A stretch of 64,000 bases of DNA from a bacterium (lineage in GTDB: Bacteria > Patescibacteriota > Patescibacteriia > UBA1558 > UBA10009), in assembly GCA_018672055.1 (NCBI GenBank), contig JABHGM010000001.1:136884-200883 (forward strand), in the 5' to 3' direction. The notes under the pieces were generated by a model. The model ran no database searches. It saw nothing but the letters and a program-made list of their open reading frames with translations, and was not told the DNA's origin. Position numbers and translations under genes: made by a program. Below are positions 61,126 to 64,000 of this stretch, in pieces. Position 1 is the first letter of the stretch. Each line of letters begins with the position of its first letter.

Positions 61126-61830
61126 ATGTCAGGACATTCTAAATGGTCAAAAATTAAAAGAAAAAAAGGCGTTAATGATGCTAGGCGTTCAGCTAACTTT
61201 ACCAAACTAGCTAATGCTATTTCTCTTGCTGCACGCGGAGGTAGCGATCCAGACACCAATTTTAAACTTAAAATGGCTATTGATAAGGCCAAGTCTAATT
61301 CTCTGCCAAAAGATAATATTGATAGAGCTATAAAGCGTGGTACTGGTGAAATAGAAGGTCAACAAATTGAAGAGCTAACTTATGAAGGTTATGGACCTGA
61401 AGGTGTAGCTATTATCGTAGAAATTGTTACTGATAATAAAAATAGATCCTCTCAAGAAGTAAAGCATATTCTTTCCAAATATGGTGGTAAGTTAGCAGGA
61501 CCAGGGAGTGTTATGTGGCAATTTGATTACAAAGGTGTGGTTACTCTTGAATTAGATAAATTAGATGATGATACTCAATTGCTTTTAATTGATGCCGGGG
61601 CTGAAGATATTAAAACAGATGGCGGCATTACTCTTATAACTCAAACTGATAATTTAAATATTTTAAAGAATAAAGTTGTTGAACTTAAGCTACCATTAAT
61701 TGATCATATTTTAGAGTACGTACCTAAAGAAACTGTTAAACCTACAAATGAAAATTCTCTTCTTAAATTATTTGATGAACTTGATGAATGTGACGATGTA
61801 AATAATTTCTTTTCTAACGCTGATTTATGA
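61126..61830 (+). CDS. yebC: YebC/PmpR family protein
   Basis: MSGHSKWSKIKRKKG, YEGYGPEGVA, TDNKNR, DDV. Confidence 0.95.
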   Translation: MSGHSKWSKIKRKKGVNDARRSANFTKLANAISLAARGGSDPDTNFKLKMAIDKAKSNSLPKDNIDRAIKRGTGEIEGQQIEELTYEGYGPEGVAIIVEIVTDNKNRSSQEVKHILSKYGGKLAGPGSVMWQFDYKGVVTLELDKLDDDTQLLLIDAGAEDIKTDGGITLITQTDNLNILKNKVVELKLPLIDHILEYVPKETVKPTNENSLLKLFDELDECDDVNNFFSNADL

Positions 61831-62315
61831 CTTCTAAAAAACAAATTATTTTAGGTATTGATCCAGGTCTAGCTGATACTGGATTTGGTGTCATTTCTAA
61901 AGAAGGTCAAACTTTAACTATGCTCGATTGTGGTAGTATAAAAACAAAACCACAAACTGAGTTTATGGATAGGTTAAAAATTATAAATTTTGAACTTAAG
62001 AAAATTATTAAAAAGCATAAACCAGATATAGCTGCTGTTGAAGAGCTGTTTTTTTGTAAAAACGCTAAGACTGCTCTTTTGGTTGGCCAAGCTCGTGGTG
62101 TTTGCTTACTAACCATAGCTGAAGCTAAAATCGAATTTACTGAATTTACTCCACTTCAAATTAAACAAGCTATAACCGGGTATGGTAAAGCTGATAAAAA
62201 CCAAGTAGGACAAATGGTAAAGTTTTTTTTAAATTTAAAAGAAGTCCCTAAACCTGATGATGCAGCTGACGCTCTAGGCGCTGCCATAACTTGTGCTAAT
62301 ACTAAGAAATTTTAA
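61827..62315 (+). CDS. ruvC: Holliday junction resolvase RuvC
   Basis: ILGIDPG...GFG, VEELFF, GQARG, GYGKADK, PDDAADAL. Confidence 0.97.
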   Translation: MTSKKQIILGIDPGLADTGFGVISKEGQTLTMLDCGSIKTKPQTEFMDRLKIINFELKKIIKKHKPDIAAVEELFFCKNAKTALLVGQARGVCLLTIAEAKIEFTEFTPLQIKQAITGYGKADKNQVGQMVKFFLNLKEVPKPDDAADALGAAITCANTKKF

Positions 62316-62402
62316 TATATTTAATAATATTGACATATATTAGTATATATAATATACTGCTATATTCAACTGAACATTTCACAAACAAATCAAGGAGAGA
62401 AA

Positions 62403-63059
62403 ATGAAGAATTTATTAATTCTTGCACTAACTGTATGGCCAGCCATGGCTCAAGCTTCTGAAGGAGTCAATCAATTTTGGTTCGGTATCATTTATATTGT
62501 AGGCGCTATACTCATAATCATTACCATATGCCTTGGTATAGCGTATAGATCAGTTAAAAAGGATCTCAAAGAAAAAAATGGACTCTACAATTACTTAAAA
62601 ACAAAAAACGAACGTTGCGATAGGCTGCTAGAAGGGCGCTTAGAGTTTGTTGAAAGACAAAGTTATGACGACTTATTTAGGGAACATCCTAATTTCTTAT
62701 TAACAGACTTGGCAGGAATTCTTTCTTGCGCAGACAGAGATATAGAAATAGTAGAACGTGGCTTACTTAAAATAATATTGTCTTCATTGGCTGAAAATAA
62801 AATAGTACGTCAAGGTGAACTAATATATACTGAAGCTGTGATCCAAATTGGGCGATGTGAAGGTATAGTTTTTCTACTTAAACATGATGAGGGTGTGGTA
62901 CGAATTAAAACTAATAAACGCGTCTACTATCTTTTGCCAAGACTGGGCTTCATTATTGAAGAAGAAGTTGCTTCATATACTAAATTTAATAATTTAAAAA
63001 ATATCTATCCTTTTTCTGGGGAAAAAGGCAAGCCTGCAAGAATAGATTTAAAAAAATAA
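62403..63059 (+). CDS. Hypothetical protein (signal peptide + TM + soluble domain), stand-alone cassette
   Basis: TTGACA-17-TATACT (62330-58), SD AAGGAG, terminator 63091-63118. Confidence 0.65.
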   Translation: MKNLLILALTVWPAMAQASEGVNQFWFGIIYIVGAILIIITICLGIAYRSVKKDLKEKNGLYNYLKTKNERCDRLLEGRLEFVERQSYDDLFREHPNFLLTDLAGILSCADRDIEIVERGLLKIILSSLAENKIVRQGELIYTEAVIQIGRCEGIVFLLKHDEGVVRIKTNKRVYYLLPRLGFIIEEEVASYTKFNNLKNIYPFSGEKGKPARIDLKK

Positions 63060-63090
63060 AAATCTCAATAAAACTTGAGAAATTATATTT

Positions 63091-63118
63091 AAGGGCAGAT
63101 TTTATATCTGCCTTTTTT
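63091..63118. terminator. Bidirectional terminator
   Basis: AAGGGCAGAT-TTTAT-ATCTGCCTTTTTT. Confidence 0.75.
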
Positions 63119-63122
63119 AATA

Positions 63123-64000
63123 CTAAGAAATTTTAACAAATTTTCTCTTACCAACTTGTATAATCATGCCTGATTTTACTTCTATCTCTGATATAGAAAT
63201 TATTTTTTTATCATCTATCTTTACTGCTCCTTGTTTTACCATTCTCTTTGCATCTGATTTTGAAGACACAAGCTTTGTTTCAAATAATAATTCAATAATA
63301 TCCCATTTCTTATTTTCAATTTTAACTTCTTTAATATCATCTGGTATTTCATTATCCTTAAACTGTTTATCAAAATTATCTGAAGCAGTTTTTGCTTTTT
63401 TTTCACCATAAAACATCTTGACTATTTCATTAGCTAATTTAGCCTTAATATCTCTTGGGTTTGCACCAGATTTTATTTGTGATTCAATGCCTATTATATC
63501 ATCCATAGGTACACGAGTTACTAAAGTAAAATATTTAACAATCAAGTCATCTGAAATTGACATCACTTTACCAAACATATTATTTGGTTCTAAGGTTAAA
63601 TCAATTGTATTACCCCATGAAGAACTCATTTTTCTTGAATCAGTGCCTGCCATAAGTTCCGTCATTAATATATTTTGTGGTTCTTGTTTAAAATGCTCTT
63701 GCATCTTTCTGCCAGCTAAAAGATTAAATCTTTGATCAGTTCCGCCAAGCTCAACATCTGCTTTTATAGCTACGCTATCGTAGCCCTGCATTAAAGGATA
63801 AAGCATTTCTCTGAGTGATACTCTTGAGCCTTTATCTAATCTTTTTTTAATATTTTCACGAGCAATAAACTCAGCGACTGAAAATAGATTAGCTTGTTCC
63901 CCTATTTCATTATATTTTAATTTCTTTAGCCACTTACTATTATATTTAACTTCGCATTTTCTTAAATTAATAATCTTACCTGCTTGGGCAGCATACTCTG
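63123..64000 (-). CDS. tyrS: Tyrosine-tRNA ligase, C-terminal part (runs off window end)
   Basis: Frame stays open upstream of 63806 (...YNSKWL...RVSLREMLYPLMQGYD); GGTDQRFNL, KMSSS, C-terminal S4 domain. Confidence 0.96.
   Translation of the reverse strand, partial: EYAAQAGKIINLRKCEVKYNSKWLKKLKYNEIGEQANLFSVAEFIARENIKKRLDKGSRVSLREMLYPLMQGYDSVAIKADVELGGTDQRFNLLAGRKMQEHFKQEPQNILMTELMAGTDSRKMSSSWGNTIDLTLEPNNMFGKVMSISDDLIVKYFTLVTRVPMDDIIGIESQIKSGANPRDIKAKLANEIVKMFYGEKKAKTASDNFDKQFKDNEIPDDIKEVKIENKKWDIIELLFETKLVSSKSDAKRMVKQGAVKIDDKKIISISEIEVKSGMIIQVGKRKFVKIS

Overview
Low-GC (visually about 30% or less) bacterial chromosomal segment using genetic code 11 (TGA is a stop). It is most consistent with a Patescibacteria/CPR (Parcubacteria-like) genome: the 16S gene is unlinked from 23S and has the GTGCCAGCAGCAGCGGTAA variant at the 515F site, core genes lack Shine-Dalgarno (SD) motifs, and there is a tandem VirB2/TrbC-like pilin array. 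The backbone is housekeeping: smc, rpsP-khpA-trmD, 16S rRNA, six tRNAs, polA, tag, holA, rpsT, truB, uvrB, ruvA, femAB, murE, rpoBC, ftsK, recA, galU, yebC-ruvC, tyrS. Main points of interest: (1) an 11-gene pilin array (50.7-57.1 kb) with one apparent major pilin and paralogues carrying modular disulfide-rich heads, led by an orphan solute-binding lipoprotein and surrounded by glycosylation genes; (2) about ten self-contained ORFan cassettes, each with its own sigma70 promoter, strong SD and terminator, inserted singly between SD-less core genes, several resembling diderm/FCB proteins (T9SS-tailed dockerin protein, beta-barrel-like protein, NrdJb-like domain); (3) a short SMC with no recognisable hinge; (4) a FAD-synthase-like/TruB fusion; (5) an IS200 transposase with its HUH motif deleted in frame; (6) several unexplained structured non-coding regions. 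All family assignments come from motif recognition by eye, with no database searches.
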